From Callorhinchus milii (taxonomy: Eukaryota), in NCBI RefSeq assembly GCF_018977255.1, contig NW_024704743.1, positions 32,614,001-32,678,000 on the forward strand: a stretch of 64,000 nt of DNA, in the 5' to 3' direction. Of this stretch, positions 26,780 to 39,742 are shown one piece after another. Position numbers and translations under genes: made by a program. A model generated the notes under the pieces. That model was not told the DNA's origin. It ran no database searches and saw nothing but the letters and a program-made list of their open reading frames with translations. Each line of letters opens with the position of its first letter. Positions within the stretch are counted from its first letter, which is position 1.

Positions 26780-27470
26780 GCCAATCAGAAAACATTCCCT
26801 TTATCCCTCCTGTCTGCATCCCAATCAATTACTTTCATTTTTGCTAATAACCTCTTGTACGGAAGCTTATCAAATACCTTTTGAAAGTCCATATAGATGA
26901 CATTCATATACACTCTCACATTAGTGGCCACCTCAAAAAATTCAATTAGATTCATCAGACATGTCCTACCATTCACAAATCCACGCTGACTCTCTTAGTT
27001 AGTTAGTTCTCTTCTCTCTCTTAGTTCATACTTGTCCAAGAGCTCAGTCTCTCTGTCCCTGACGAGAAATTCCAGTAACTTCCCCATAACTGAAGTTAAG
27101 CTGACAGGTCTGTAGTTAACCTGATTCCCCCCGCCCCCCCCGCCCCCCCACACACCCTCTCTTCTTAAATAACAGAGTGACATTTGCCATTTTCCAAAGC
27201 AAAGGCACAATTCCCGAATATAGAGAACATCTGCAATTTTCTCCCTGCTTCTTTTAATGGTGTCCTGAAGATTTGTCCACCTTTAGTCCCATTATTTTCT
27301 CCATTACCATTTGCTAATTCAATTCAATTAGTACTTTGCTTTGACTTAATTTTAGGTTCCCTTGTACCACTGGTATTTTGACCACTTCGTTTAATCTCTG
27401 AAAATAACTGTAAAGTATTCATTTTGCAAGCCATTTCCTTACTTTCTTTTTTGTCTCACCATTTCACCCA
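26780..27470 (-). mobile_element. Old CR1 ORF2 fragments
   Basis: NYRPVSLTSVMGKLLE, NLIEFFE, YMDFQKVFDK. Confidence 0.8.
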
Positions 27471-28196
27471 CAAAATGCAGTCAATCCACTTTACAGTATA
27501 TTCTGTGAAGTGCTTTCAGACATCTCAACGACGTGATAAGGCAAGGAAGGATCAAATGCAAGGATTATTATTGGTTTTCTTGCTTCTTTGAAGAAAGAGA
27601 ATGACCATAGTCCACATCGCCCCCTCAATTGCATATTTCAAGGTCCATCTCAAAACCTACCTCTTTGATCATGCCTTCAGCCCCCCTCCCACCCGCTCCT
27701 ATCCTCCATCCTCTTGATTCCAACCTCCAGCCAGGGTCCACACTCTTAACTGTCCAGGATCTTGGGATGTCCTTCGATGTGAAAGGTGTTGAAAATAATA
27801 ATAATCCTTGCATTTGATATAGCACCTTATCACGTCTTGGAGACATCCCAATGCGCTTCACAGAATATACTGTAAAGTGAATTGACTGTATACTTTGTGG
27901 GCGAAACACGGCAGCTAATGGCTAGCAGCAGTGTCCCACAAACAGTCGTGGATCGAGTGACCGATTGAAGAGATTACCACCCCTGAAAAGCGATCCCCCA
28001 ATCGACTAACAAGCGGGTTCCTATGTACTGCTCGGTAAACAGTGGGCGCGCGGAGTAAGGAAACTTAAGTAACATTTTCAATGTCATTTCCTGGTCGCCT
28101 GCCCTTTCTCAGCGCAGCCCAGTAGGGCAGTATCTAAGCAAAAGTTAGTGCCCATCACAACCCGCTACAAGACATTAGGTACGATGCGGTACAAAC

Positions 28197-29152
28197 CCGG
28201 TATCCTGTTTAACGTCACCCAGTAGTGTTCGTCGGGGCTGTAAGTATCTTTTGACCATTCCAACAAATCCAAGGCTCGTCTGTCTTCGAACAGAAAGCTC
28301 ACGAATCCTCGCGTCAGAGCGTAGTACGCGCTGCCAAAATATATGGTTAGCCCGTGCGGGGGGCGGGCTTTGAGCTTGTTAGTCTTGACGACCCGGGAAT
28401 GGCTGCGGGACAAAACGCTTTTGAAGACAAACGCGGTCCGCTGCTTGGCGAAACCCGGAGGCAGTATTCCCGGAGTGAGATTCTTCCCTTTGAAAGCCTT
28501 CAAGTGGCGCACAATCTCCAGGTTGGTCTTGAGAGGGTAATCCTGGCCGCAGAGGTTGATGACGTATCTCCAGCGATCGTCCGCCGCCAGGAGGTCCCTC
28601 ATGCAGTTGATGTCCGCCTGAAGCCGCGAGAAGCCGGCGTAGATGACCGGCTCGCTCTTGGACACCAGGAAGACGTTGGGGTAACAGCGCTCAAGGGTGT
28701 CGACCCGCTCCTTGAAGACCGCGGGCGACTTGGGGTCCACGTGGAAGCAGTAGAGGTTGTGGGGTCTGTAGATGGCTCTGAAGAGCCACTCGAGGGTCTC
28801 GAAGTCCTTGTGCGCGGTCACGACGAACGCCAGAGGGAAGTCGGTCTCCTCCCGGTCGGCGGGGAACCGCGAGGAGAACGAGTCGGACGCCAACCTCCGG
28901 CAGTAGTCGGCTGCGGGGAGCACCGGGCGCGCCGGAGCCCCGGGACCGGCTCTGTCCCACCGGAACGCGCCCCCGCCCTCGCCCCGGAGCAGCGGCTCGC
29001 ACACGCTCTCCCAGCGGAGGGCGGGGGGGGGGTGGGGGTGGGGGGGGGTCGCCGCCGGGCCGGCGCGGGCCGGACCTCCGCCCGGGATGGAGCCACAGGA
29101 CCGATAGGAAGCCGAGAGCGCCCACCGCCGCCAACACCGACCCGCAGCGCAT
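28197..29152 (-). CDS. GCNT2: GCNT2-like I-branching beta-1,6-GlcNAc transferase, coding exon 1 of 3 (apparent 1-nt frameshift in G-runs 29023-29048)
   Basis: ATG 29152 gives MRCGSVLAAVGALGFLSVLWLHP (membrane anchor; an in-frame ATG also lies at 29191). The catalytic frame FPLAFVVTAHKDF...SRLQADINC...LKAFKGKNLTPGILPP...KTNKLKARPPH...[21 protein letters not shown] is GCNT2-like but offset by one base. Donor CCG G|gtttgt, phase 1. Confidence 0.85.
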
Positions 29153-29213
29153 CGTGTGTGTCGTGTGTGGCGCCCGCGGGGGCCAGAGCATCGCCGCCCG
29201 CAAACCCCACCCC

Positions 29214-29240
29214 ACACACTCACACACACTCACACACACA

Positions 29241-29278
<38 letters not shown>

Positions 29279-29379
29279 CACACACTCACACTCACACACA
29301 CACACTCACACACACACACACCACACACTCACACACACACACACACTCACACACTCACACACACTCACACACACACACT

Positions 29380-29410
<31 letters not shown>

Positions 29411-29545
29411 ACACACACACACCCCTACACACTCACACACACACACTCACACACACACACCACACACTCACACCACACACTCACACACACAACACACCCA
29501 CACACTGACACTCACACTCACACCACACACTCACACACTCACACT

Positions 29546-29587
<42 letters not shown>

Positions 29588-30054
29588 ACACCACACACAC
29601 TCACACACACACTCACACACACACACACACTCACACACACACACTCACACACACACCTACACACCTACACACCACACACCCACACACACACACCCCCACC
29701 CACACACACACACACCTACACACCAGACACCCACACACACTCACACACACACCTACACACCAGACACCCACACACTCACACACACACACCCCTACACACT
29801 CACACACACACACCCCTACACACTCACACACACACACCCCTACACACTCACACACACTCACACACACACACACACCCACTCACCACACACACACACACTC
29901 ACACACACCCCTACACACACCCCCCACACCCACCTACACACTCACACACACACCCACACACACACACACCCCTACACACCTACACACACCCACACACCCC
30001 TACACACACACACCCACACACCCCTACACACACACACACACACACCCACACACA
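29214..30054. repeat. Imperfect (CA)n microsatellite directly upstream of the GCNT2-like ATG
   Basis: Directly visible. Confidence 0.95.
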
Positions 30055-30724
30055 GTGGGGGGGGGGAGGGGGCTGTGCTGTGCTGTGGGTGTGGAAACGG
30101 AACATATTTATTTCCTGGTTTTCGAGCGGTTTTCTGCTACTTCCCTGTGCACCGCCAGCGAACCCGGACCGACCCGACCCGACCCGCAGGAACACACCCG
30201 GACTGAGCCCCAAGTCAACCTCTCCATCACATACACCAAACCCATCCCGGACCCCTCTCTCCTCTCTCTCCTCTCTCTCCTCTCTCTCTGTCCCTCACAG
30301 GGAAGTCCCCACATCTGCACCAGTGCCACATGTCACTGCAGAGATCCCTGACGCACAACAAGACTGCACTGCCCTTTGCCCCCCCCCCTCCCCAGTGGGT
30401 TTATTTGTTGTGCAGTGCAGATGCTTCGAGCAAATAACTGCCACAGCATCTCAACTCGGGGGCAAAGTCCCGAGGAGACGCACACCCAGTGGTGATAAGC
30501 CGCGCGTTTGAGGCGGCTCCTTGTCGCGTCTTTCGAGACGTCCCGAAGCGCTTCGCGGAACACGCTGCGGCGTGAGCTGACGGTATATTCGCGGGCGGTG
30601 CGTACCACGCCCTGGGTTCGGTTCCCGGGCAGGACGAAACCTTGGGCAAGTTTCCTTACTCCACACGCCTGCTGATAATCCGGCCAAAGAAAAATAACAA
30701 GTTGGTCATTTCAAACCACGACTG

Positions 30725-31721
30725 TTTTAAGATACGCTTATTCACCGCCTCCGAAAAGTCTTCTCCAGTTGTCGTGTCTTTCATTGACTGCACTGATGCC
30801 AATTCTTCTGTGAGCTCAAAATGTTTGGTGATACCTCGAATAAAAATTATCAACTAGGCTGTGTCTTTGACAACACAACTCTCATCGAGTGCCAGTGAAA
30901 AACAGGCAAAATTGCTTACTTTATTTTGTAACTGCAGAAACCGGTTCTCAGGGATATCTCCGATACATCTCACAATAGTTTGCCTTGGCAAGCTAATGTT
31001 CTCAAACTGCTTTTTCTTATCTGGGTGTAAAATCAAGGCAGAGTCAAGCATACATTGCTTTATAAATTCTCCTTCAGAGGATAGTTTGCTGTTCTTGGCG
31101 ATTTTGAATGCAATCACATAACTCACTCTTTTAATCTCATCCTAGGACACAAATTGTTTTATGGAAATGCTTTGCTCTTTTTGCATTCGAACAACCATCT
31201 CATCAGCTTTCTTTCCTTTCTCTTTGGCAGAAACGTTCTTATATTTGCAAGCATGTTTGCTCTCAAAATGGTGATTCAAGTTGTAGTCTTTGAGCACTCC
31301 CACACATTCTTTGCAAATTAAGCACACAGCTTTTCCACCCACAATGGTACAAAAATATGTAGAAGTCCATTCTTTGTTGAATATTTGGCCTTCAGCGTCC
31401 ACTTTCCGCTTCTTTGATAAACTAATTTCGAATGAACGTCCTCTTCAGTGAAAAGTATAGCCACGGTTGCCGCACACGTGTTTGAAAATTTGCCGATCGG
31501 TACATTTCTGAGGTCAGCCTGATTCAACCCTTAAGCGAGCGTGCGCACAACTAAGCAGTGTGATTGCCTGATGTTCCCGGTCAGATTCAAATGCAAAATT
31601 TGTGGGACTTTCTGGGACTGAACAAACTATAATTTTTTCTATTGCCAGACACAATGGCGGGCCAGATAGAATCATTTGGCGGTCTGGATATGGCCCGCGG
31701 GTCGTATTTTGCCCACCCCTG
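30725..31721 (-). mobile_element. hAT transposon copy 2 (5' part)
   Basis: Near-identical to 1620-2613. Terminal CAGGGGTGGGCAA, flanked by atctaaag (Charlie-type target). Confidence 0.9.
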
Positions 31722-33019
31722 ATCTAAAGGTTTATGCAGGAAATGTATTGGACAGCAGTTTTCATGTACAGACAGCAAAATCACAGTGTGTGTGGCATTC
31801 TTTCTGCCGTGTCTCTATAATTTGGTGCAATCTGCAGATGTATCTTGTACTGTCTCTGTACTACAGGCACCAAAATGCTACCAGGGTTTTAAAGCGTTAA
31901 ATTATGAGTATAGGTTGCATAACGGATATTCATTTTACATATCCAGTGCTTCAGGAAACATTATTGCTGCTGAGATGGTCTTCTCTTCTTTCCTGTCTAA
32001 CACAATTAGATACAAACCCCTTGATTATGGTTTATGTCCTTACTTTGTGCTTCACTTAGCTAAATGCATTTTAGAAGGTGTTAGATCAACAACTTCTTTT
32101 AACTTCCAGCGTAGAGTTCTGGTGAGTCGGGGTTGGGGGAATGTGGGGGAAGGTGACTGTAAGCACAGTCAAAGAGAAAGGTTTTCAGGTGGGACTTGAA
32201 AGGGAGAAAGAGGCAAGGCAGAGGGATTGAGACAGAGTGTTCCAGAGCTTTGGGGTATAGTGGCTGACAGCAAGGTGTCCAATGGTGGGGTGGAGGGTGC
32301 GAGGGACGAGCAGGAAGCCAGTACCAATCGAGAGAAGGCGCCGGGTGGTGGATTGGGGAGTGAGGAGTGAAGTTGAGGAGTTCAGATCAGCAGGAGTGAA
32401 GATGTTGACAACAACAACAAGATTACATTTGTATAGCGCATTTCACGTCAAGTGTACAGCATTTCAGACCCGAGTTGGGGTCAGGGGTGGAGAGGGGAGG
32501 GGAAGGGTTGACAGCTCAAATGTGGAGTCTTATAGCTCAGTGGTTAGAGCCCTCGCCTCACAAATGAGAGACCTGGGTTTGATTCCCGGCAGGGCAAAAC
32601 CTTGGGAAAGTTTCCTTACTCCACACATCTGATAATAATCCCTGAAGAAAGAAAAGCAATAATAAATTGGTCACTTCAATCCACAACTGTTTGTGGGACA
32701 CTGCAGTTCGCAATTGGCAGTATATTCTGTAAAGCGCTTTGAGATGTCTGGAAGATGTGAAAAGCGCTATATCAAATGTAAGGATTATTATTATTATTAT
32801 AAATGTACCTATCGGGATCAACATGTGAATTAAATTTTTCTAATATTTATTTGTGTCTTTCTGTCACAGATTGAGACATTTACACGTACCCTCATATCTG
32901 TGTTTGAGTATAGGGTAAGGCTGACACTTGAAATTCAACTTTCAACGATTAGGTCAATTGTGGTATCGTGCATGCTACAACATTTCTTTGCTTGTTAGCT
33001 GTTTTACTGACCAATCGTT

Positions 33020-34900
33020 CTTTCAATCCACCATGGCTAGGTCCCTTTTTAACTCATTGAAATACGTCCTCTTCCAGTTGAATATCGTCACCTTTGATTG
33101 TTCGTTGTTCCTTTCCATAAGTACTCTAAACCTAATGATGTTGTCCAGATGCTCACCTACTGAAACCAGCTCCACTTGCACCACTTTGTTCCCCAGAACT
33201 AGATCCAGCACTGCTTCCTTCCTCGTTGGGGTTGGAAACATACTGATCCAGAAAGTTATCCTGCACACATTTCAGGAATCTTTCCCCCTCCTTGCCTTTT
33301 CCACTGTTATTTTGCCAGTCTATGTTAGGATAATTGAAGTCCACCATTATCATTACTCTACTAGTTTTGCATCTTTCTGAAATCTTCTTGGAGATTTGCT
33401 CGTCTGTCTCCTTCCCACTATTTGTTGGTCTATAGCATGCACCTAACAAAATAACAGCTCCTTTTCTGCTCCTTAACTCTAACCAAATAGATTCTGTTTT
33501 TGGACCCTGTAGCACATCGTCCCTTTCCACAAGGGTTGTAACTGTATCTTTAATTAATATTGCCACCATCCTTCCCTATCCCTCCTGGATACATTGTAGC
33601 CAGGAATATTCAGCTCCCATTCCTGGCCATGTTTGAGCCAGGTCTCTGTTATTGCCATTACATCAAAACCCTATGTGGCAACTTGAACCTGAAGCTCACC
33701 AAGCTTATTTGTCACACTCCGTGCATTTACTCACATGCACTCCAAGACCGACTGAGTCTGCTCTGCATTTCTTCCCCCCCATCTAATCCCTCCTTTTTCT
33801 GGACTACTTCTTATTACCTCACTATTCGACTCTCCCAGCCCTCTATGCAACTTGTTTCTCCTCCCTGATGCCACATCCTGATTCCCTTCCCCACTCAAAA
33901 TTAGTTTAAACCTTTCCCCACAGCACTAGCTAACCTCCCTGCAAGAACATTGGTCCTAGCCCTGTTCGGGTGTAACCCATCCACCTTGTACAGGTCCCAT
34001 CAACTGGTCCCAATGTTCCAAGAACCTGAAGCCCTCCTTTCTGCACCATTTCTCCAGCCACGCATTCATGTGTTTGATCCTGCTGTTTTGATACTCACTT
34101 ACATGAGGCGCTGGGAATAATCCAGAGATCACCACCTTTGAGGTCCTACTCTTTAGCTTTTTCTCCAGCTTCTGATATTCTCCCTGTAGGATCTCAGCCC
34201 TTTTTCCCTTATGTCATGGATCCCAACATGGACCATGAAATCTGGATGTTCCTCTTCCCCATGTAGAATGTTTTGCACCCGTTTCATGATGTCTTCAAAC
34301 CTGGCACCAGGGAGGCAATATACCATGCGAGAGACACATTTTTGGTTGCAAAAACGTCTGTCTACTCCTTCCACCAGTGAGTCCCCAATGACAATTGCAC
34401 TGACACTGTTCCCTGTGTCCACCTATGCATCCATTTACTTTTGACTCCTCTCCCTAGAGGTGTCATCACCCTCCCAGGCATTCAGTACAGAGAACCAGTT
34501 TGTGAGTGCCACATTCTCAGGGGATTTCTTCATTGCCTGTCCCGACTTCCTACCATAGGCTGTGGAGTGACCACTTCCTGAAACATTTGAGCAATTTACT
34601 CTTCAGCCTCCGATATGCTGTGTAGCAACACCAGCCTCTCCTCAAGCTCAGAAACCTTGAGGTCAAGCTCGAGCAGCCGAGGCACGTGTTTGACCGGGGC
34701 ACACAAAGCATCCAGGAGTTCCCACTTAGCACACATTGTGCAAGCAACTGGTCTCAGCTGCACTGCCATATTCCTAGACATATTTTATATTATTTTAATA
34801 TAACTATTATATATTTTATAATTGTGCACCTCTTTCCCTTCTGCACCGAATTCCCACTCTCAACAAATTCCTTAACAGAATTCTCACTCTGCCACTTCAA
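33020..34900 (-). mobile_element. CR1 LINE 5' part (ORF1 plus endonuclease)
   Basis: CTMCAKWE, IGDSLV...CLPGA, ESIWLELR...YRP...DFNYPNIDW; similar to the 44-48 kb element. Confidence 0.9.
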
Positions 34901-35418
34901 TCAGTTCCCTCCTCGTGCTGCTGTGCTCTTTGCTCTTCTATAGATACACAAGTAGCTTTTAAGCTGCTTTTCCTCTTCCATCATTTTTTCAATTGTTTTT
35001 GTTTTCTCATAAGCAAAGACCCAGATGGAATATAAACTTACGTGGACTAGTTGGCCTGTTTCCAGGCTGTACATTCTTTCTGGATCATAAGTATCTTTGT
35101 TCAGCGGCTGAACCTATTTGCATTTGGAACAGATATACTCCAGGATAAAATTTTCTTCCCCGAACATAAGAACTAAATGTGTATATTTCACATTTTTCAC
35201 ACAAGAGCCTTTTTCTTATTCTCAAAATGTCTAATTTTTTCTAATTCTCCCTCTTTATTTCTAAGTAAGTTTCTCTTCAGCTGTTTTTAACACCTCATTT
35301 TGACGACTTCTTGTTGATATATTAGTTTCGTCACTGTTTTATCTCATACTGGAACAAGGAAACTAAAATCTAAAAAGGCTCAGACTTTTTTCAAATGATT
35401 TCCAAGTAACTAAGTTAT

Positions 35419-35789
35419 GTAGTCCTGTAGCTTAGTGGTTAGAGTACTTGCCTCGCAAGCGAGAGGACCTGGCTTTGATTCCCTGGGAGGGCAAAACATT
35501 GGACAAGTCTCCTTACTCCACATGCCTCTGTTTACCTAGTAGTAAATAGGAACCCAGTTGTTAGTCGATTGGCAGACTGATTTTTTGGAGGTAATAATCC
35601 CTTTAAAAAAATTTAGTCACTCAATCCATGACTGTTCATGGGACAATGCTGTACGTAATTGGCTGCCGCGTTTTGCCCACAAAATATACAGTCAATTCAC
35701 TTTACAGTAGATTCTGTGAAGCGCTTTGAGACGTCTCAAAGTCATGATAAGGCGCTATGTCGAATGTAAGGATTCTTACTATTATTATA
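35419..35789 (+). mobile_element. tRNA-headed SINE
   Basis: A-box TAGCTTAGTGG, B-box-like tttgattccc, tail ...gcgctatgtcgaatgtaaggattcttactattatt. Related copies at 18580-18889(-), 27795-28070(-), 32521-32800(+), 54690-55002(-); tails at 21180-21460, 23155-23300, 48435-48600, 51450-51745. Confidence 0.85.
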
Positions 35790-35878
35790 TCTAAACCCTT
35801 AAACTAGACACTCTTCAAAACCCAACGCTGTTTTGAAACAGACACGTGCACACAAAGACAATGTGTAAATAAAAAACC

Positions 35879-35884
35879 TTTATT
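35879..35884 (-). terminator. Candidate polyadenylation signal of the GCNT7-like gene
   Basis: AATAAA on the minus strand followed by GU-rich tgtctttgtgtg. A nearer AATAAA at 37602-37607 is an alternative. Confidence 0.4.
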
Positions 35885-37725
35885 GTAAAACAAATTTAAG
35901 TAATTTCATTACAAGTCCAATTCCTACCAATGTAGGAATTTAAATGTTTAAATTATGCATATTGTGTCTAAACTTCCTTTCAAAAATTTAATTCCAACTT
36001 GTAGAATAATAACCACATTTTGGTTCATAATTATAGTGCATGTGTTGAATTTTCTTTTACATATATTGTCCCAGTAGTGTCAAAACATGAAGAGTATACA
36101 ACAGGATTTGGAGATACTCAATCCCGCCAATAGTTGGATGTGAGTCTCCAACCTGGGGAATCTCTGCTCCTACCTGGGAATCTCCTCTCCTGATCTACGG
36201 AATCTCCACTTCAATGTGATCTCCTTCCAGGGCATTTGAAGCAGTGTTCCCAAGGTTGGGGGTGACTCACATCTTGTTACTGGCAGGACTCACTATTAAC
36301 GAATCCTTTTTAAGTCCTATTTCAAATGCAACTTTTTTTACAGTATATTTTATGAAGCACTTTGAGACATCTAGAAGACGTGATAAAGCGCTATATCCAA
36401 TACAAATATTATTAATAATATTAAAAATAATCCCTCCAAAACAAAACAATAATAAATTATTATTTCTCCACTCGGCAAAATCTGTCTCCGGCATCAATAA
36501 CTTTGTTTTTAACTCCACATACTTCCTTCAGGTTAAAAGTATATTGCCTTTGGAATATGGACATGTCTTAACCATGCCTGCTCTTTATACGACATGTGGT
36601 GGACCCCATTAGCAAGCAGGAATGCCCATTGCTTTACTTGCCCGCTGTCATTTGCTTCACTCATTGATGTACAAGCTGTATAAAGAACTCTATTTACCTG
36701 CTGTGGGTTAGGATTGGAATTCTGTTCCCTTTTTTATAATTAAACAGCATTTTCACTTGTGCATAGAAACTAGAACTATTTTGCAACAATTCTACACAAT
36801 TCCACAATCATTGATCCCTGGTATCTAAAGTTGTTTAAGATGGCAAATATTTGCAATCAAAACAAACATCCACAATTAGCCACATAAATCCTTTTGTTCC
36901 ACATTAGAAATATTGTTCATGTCATGATAAGTATGGTGCTTTTTTGTAAAATGTAACATTGAAAGTGTTTGTTGAGTGGTTGTTATGCAATGATGCTTGT
37001 AAGGAGAAACTGGTAAAATATGTTGACAAATATTTGTGAATGAGTCAACTGCATGAAATGTCATTCATCCATCCTATTGTGACTCAAACCATCACATGTA
37101 ATAGAAGGGAATGATCCAAAGATTCGCTGATGGATCATAATTCTCCACATGATGCGTTTCCATCTGAACTGAGCCAATTATAAGCAGAAAAGGGCAGTCA
37201 AGTCTGCTCAGACTGGCACTTGTCATTTTCATCTTGATCTTGCGTTGGCAGCAAAACCGTAACCTCCTTGTCCTGTTGAATCAGGAACCAGCAATCCATT
37301 TCCTATTTGAATCTTTAAGTGCTTTGGCATACTTTGTAACCAAATCGTTTCTCAGGTGGGATGTCAGCCAAACCTAACACAGACGAGCTGGATGATTGTA
37401 TTGGGAAGATGGTAGAGTTGGTATTCTGGAAGGATGAGACCAAATGGACCAAAGGGCCTTCTTTATCCGAACCCATCTTGTGACCTTGTGAATGCCACAC
37501 AATCAGGGACTATTTCTTGATCTACATCCAGCAAACAGTTTCTTTGGCCTAACTCTCCTCAGATTCTGCACAAAGATCGCTTGACATTCAACTTACCATC
37601 TTTTATTTAACTGGTCACAAAAGTATAAAACAATTTCAGTTAAGAAATCGAATCACAAAAATTTTTTTTTTTGCTTATTTCCTTCCGCTGCCACATTGTG
37701 ACATGTGGTATGTCAAATAAATGCA

Positions 37726-37964
37726 CTAGATACTGCAGTCGTTCCTTTCACTACCAAAGAAACAAATGTTCTTTTTGATGTGCCATTCTTCCCGAGGGGG
37801 TACTTTGGATTGAGATAGCATCTTTGGCCTTAACCACCATTCCATGCACTGTGCTGCCAAGGGGTATTTATTCACTTCAAATTTATTTGCAAATAAGCTG
37901 TCTTTCTGGGCCAGCCACTGCAAGTCTCCCAACCCATATACACAGATGCTGCGAACGTAGTGAC
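37726..37964 (-). CDS. GCNT7: GCNT7-like coding exon 3 (with stop)
   Basis: tag|GT CAC... gives [79 protein letters not shown]. Spliced CDS is 973+96+239=1308 nt. Confidence 0.92.
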
Positions 37965-38437
37965 CTAAAAGTATTGGAAGAAACAAAGCAAGAGTTTTAG
38001 TAAGTTCACAACAATCGCCACTGCTGTAACGTCACAAATAGAGGTCTTTATGTCCAGAAGAATAGAGTACAAAAGTAGGGATTTGAAGCCTCTCTCGGCA
38101 ATTAAAGAAAGGACAGGTTGGGGTAATAGTAATAATAATCCTTGCATTTTATATAGTGCCTTATCATGTCTACGAGACGTTTCAAAGCACTTCACAGAAT
38201 ACAATGTAAAGTGACAATTACATGGGTGCTCAGCAGTCCTCACTTAAGTAACTATTCTTCATGTGCAACTATAGATCAGGAGCAGGAACTCACGCTGATG
38301 GTGAAGCATTGACAATGCTTCTTCATTGTAACCTTATTTCTGCAAAGAGCAAGTTTGGAAATGCACTAAAAGTCTTTAATTAATAAACTATAAACAAAAA
38401 TAATTACAAGAGAAAGGAGAGTAGTGTTTGAATTTAC

Positions 38438-38533
38438 CTTTGCAACCATTGTGATATTTTTTCGCCTGGTCCACCCATTTGATTGACCTTATGCTGCCTT
38501 CCCACTCTGCATTCGGATCTGCTCCAGGCGCAT
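38438..38533 (-). CDS. GCNT7: GCNT7-like coding exon 2
   Basis: cag|AT GCG CCT...TGC AAA G|gtaaat, 96 nt. Translates (D)APGADPNAEWEGSIRSIKWVDQAKKYHNGCK, the GT14 'PG..P...W.G..R..KW....GC' segment, in phase with exon 1. Confidence 0.92.
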
Positions 38534-39074
38534 CTGTGTGTTTTAAAAGAAAGTACAACATCAACTTCTATGTTGGAAAACAGCGTTTTTTATTCCTCTT
38601 CTGTAAAAATGCACAATATTCCCACTTGAATCCATATTTGCCATATCCATTTGTAAACAAATTCTGAAATAAATTCAGTGCACATCCCTAAAATCCCACT
38701 AGGTTGGAAAAAATAATAAATTACAACAATCTCTGAATTTGATTTTGCATCTGTCTCAAAGCGGTATACAGAAAATTGCTATTAAATGTAATTAATGATT
38801 GTGTATTTGTAACCAAACCATAACAAGATACATAAACAGCCATGAAGAGATTGAATAATTTATCCAGAGAATTGTTGGCCTGCATACCCAGAAAAACTCC
38901 CATCTCATTTTGAATAGTGCCATAGAATCTTCAACATCCACCTAAACAGGCAGGGGTGGGCAGGTGTGTGTGTGTGTGTGGTGTGTGTGTGTGTGAAGGT
39001 GGGTGGGTGGGTGGAGTGGCTGTGTGTGTGTGAGGGCGGATGGGTGGAGTGGCTGCGTGTGTGGGGAGGGGGGA

Positions 39075-39698
39075 GTGACCCCTCAGGCCGCTGAATCTCT
39101 TGTTCATGCCTTTATCACCTCCAGGCTCGACTATGCAAAAGCCCTGCTGGTCGGCTTTCCCAACTCCTCCCTCCACAGGTTGCAGGTAATCCAGAACTCT
39201 GCAGCCCGTGTCCTCTCCCGCACCAAACTCCGTGACCCCATCTCCCCCAATCTCGCCTGACTCCATTGGCTCCCTATCCTTCAGAGGATCCAGTTCAAAA
39301 TCCTGGTCCTCACCTACAAAGCCCTCAATGGTCTCGCCCCACCCTATCTCTGTGACCTCCTCACCCCCTACCAACCCGCCCGATGCCTCCGCTCAGCCGG
39401 CTCTGGCCTGCTCCACATGCCCCGATCACCAGCCCCACCTTTGGCAGGAGAGCCTTCAGCCATTCTGCCTCAAACCTCTGAAACTCCACCCCCCAATCAC
39501 TCCACCTCGCCCCCTCCTTAGCCTCCTTCAAGTCCCGCCTCGAGACCCTCCTCTTCGACCATGCCATTGGTCACACCCCTTTCCCTCTCCTCCCCTGACC
39601 CCAGCTTGGGTCTGAAATGCTGTACACTATCCAGCGCCTTGGGACGTCCTCCCGATGTGAAAGGCGCTATACAAATGCAATCTTGTTGTTGTTGTTGT
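39075..39698 (+). mobile_element. L2 3' fragment
   Basis: [29 protein letters not shown], (TTG)n tail. Confidence 0.88.
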
Positions 39699-39742
39699 AT
39701 TAACCTTGACAGAGGCCGGTGCATGTGCCTTTCTCTCTAAAG

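Noticed and set aside
35419..35495. tRNA gene (also 32521, 18820-18889, 54930-55002)
   Set aside because: Degenerate tRNA-derived heads continuing into SINE bodies and tails.
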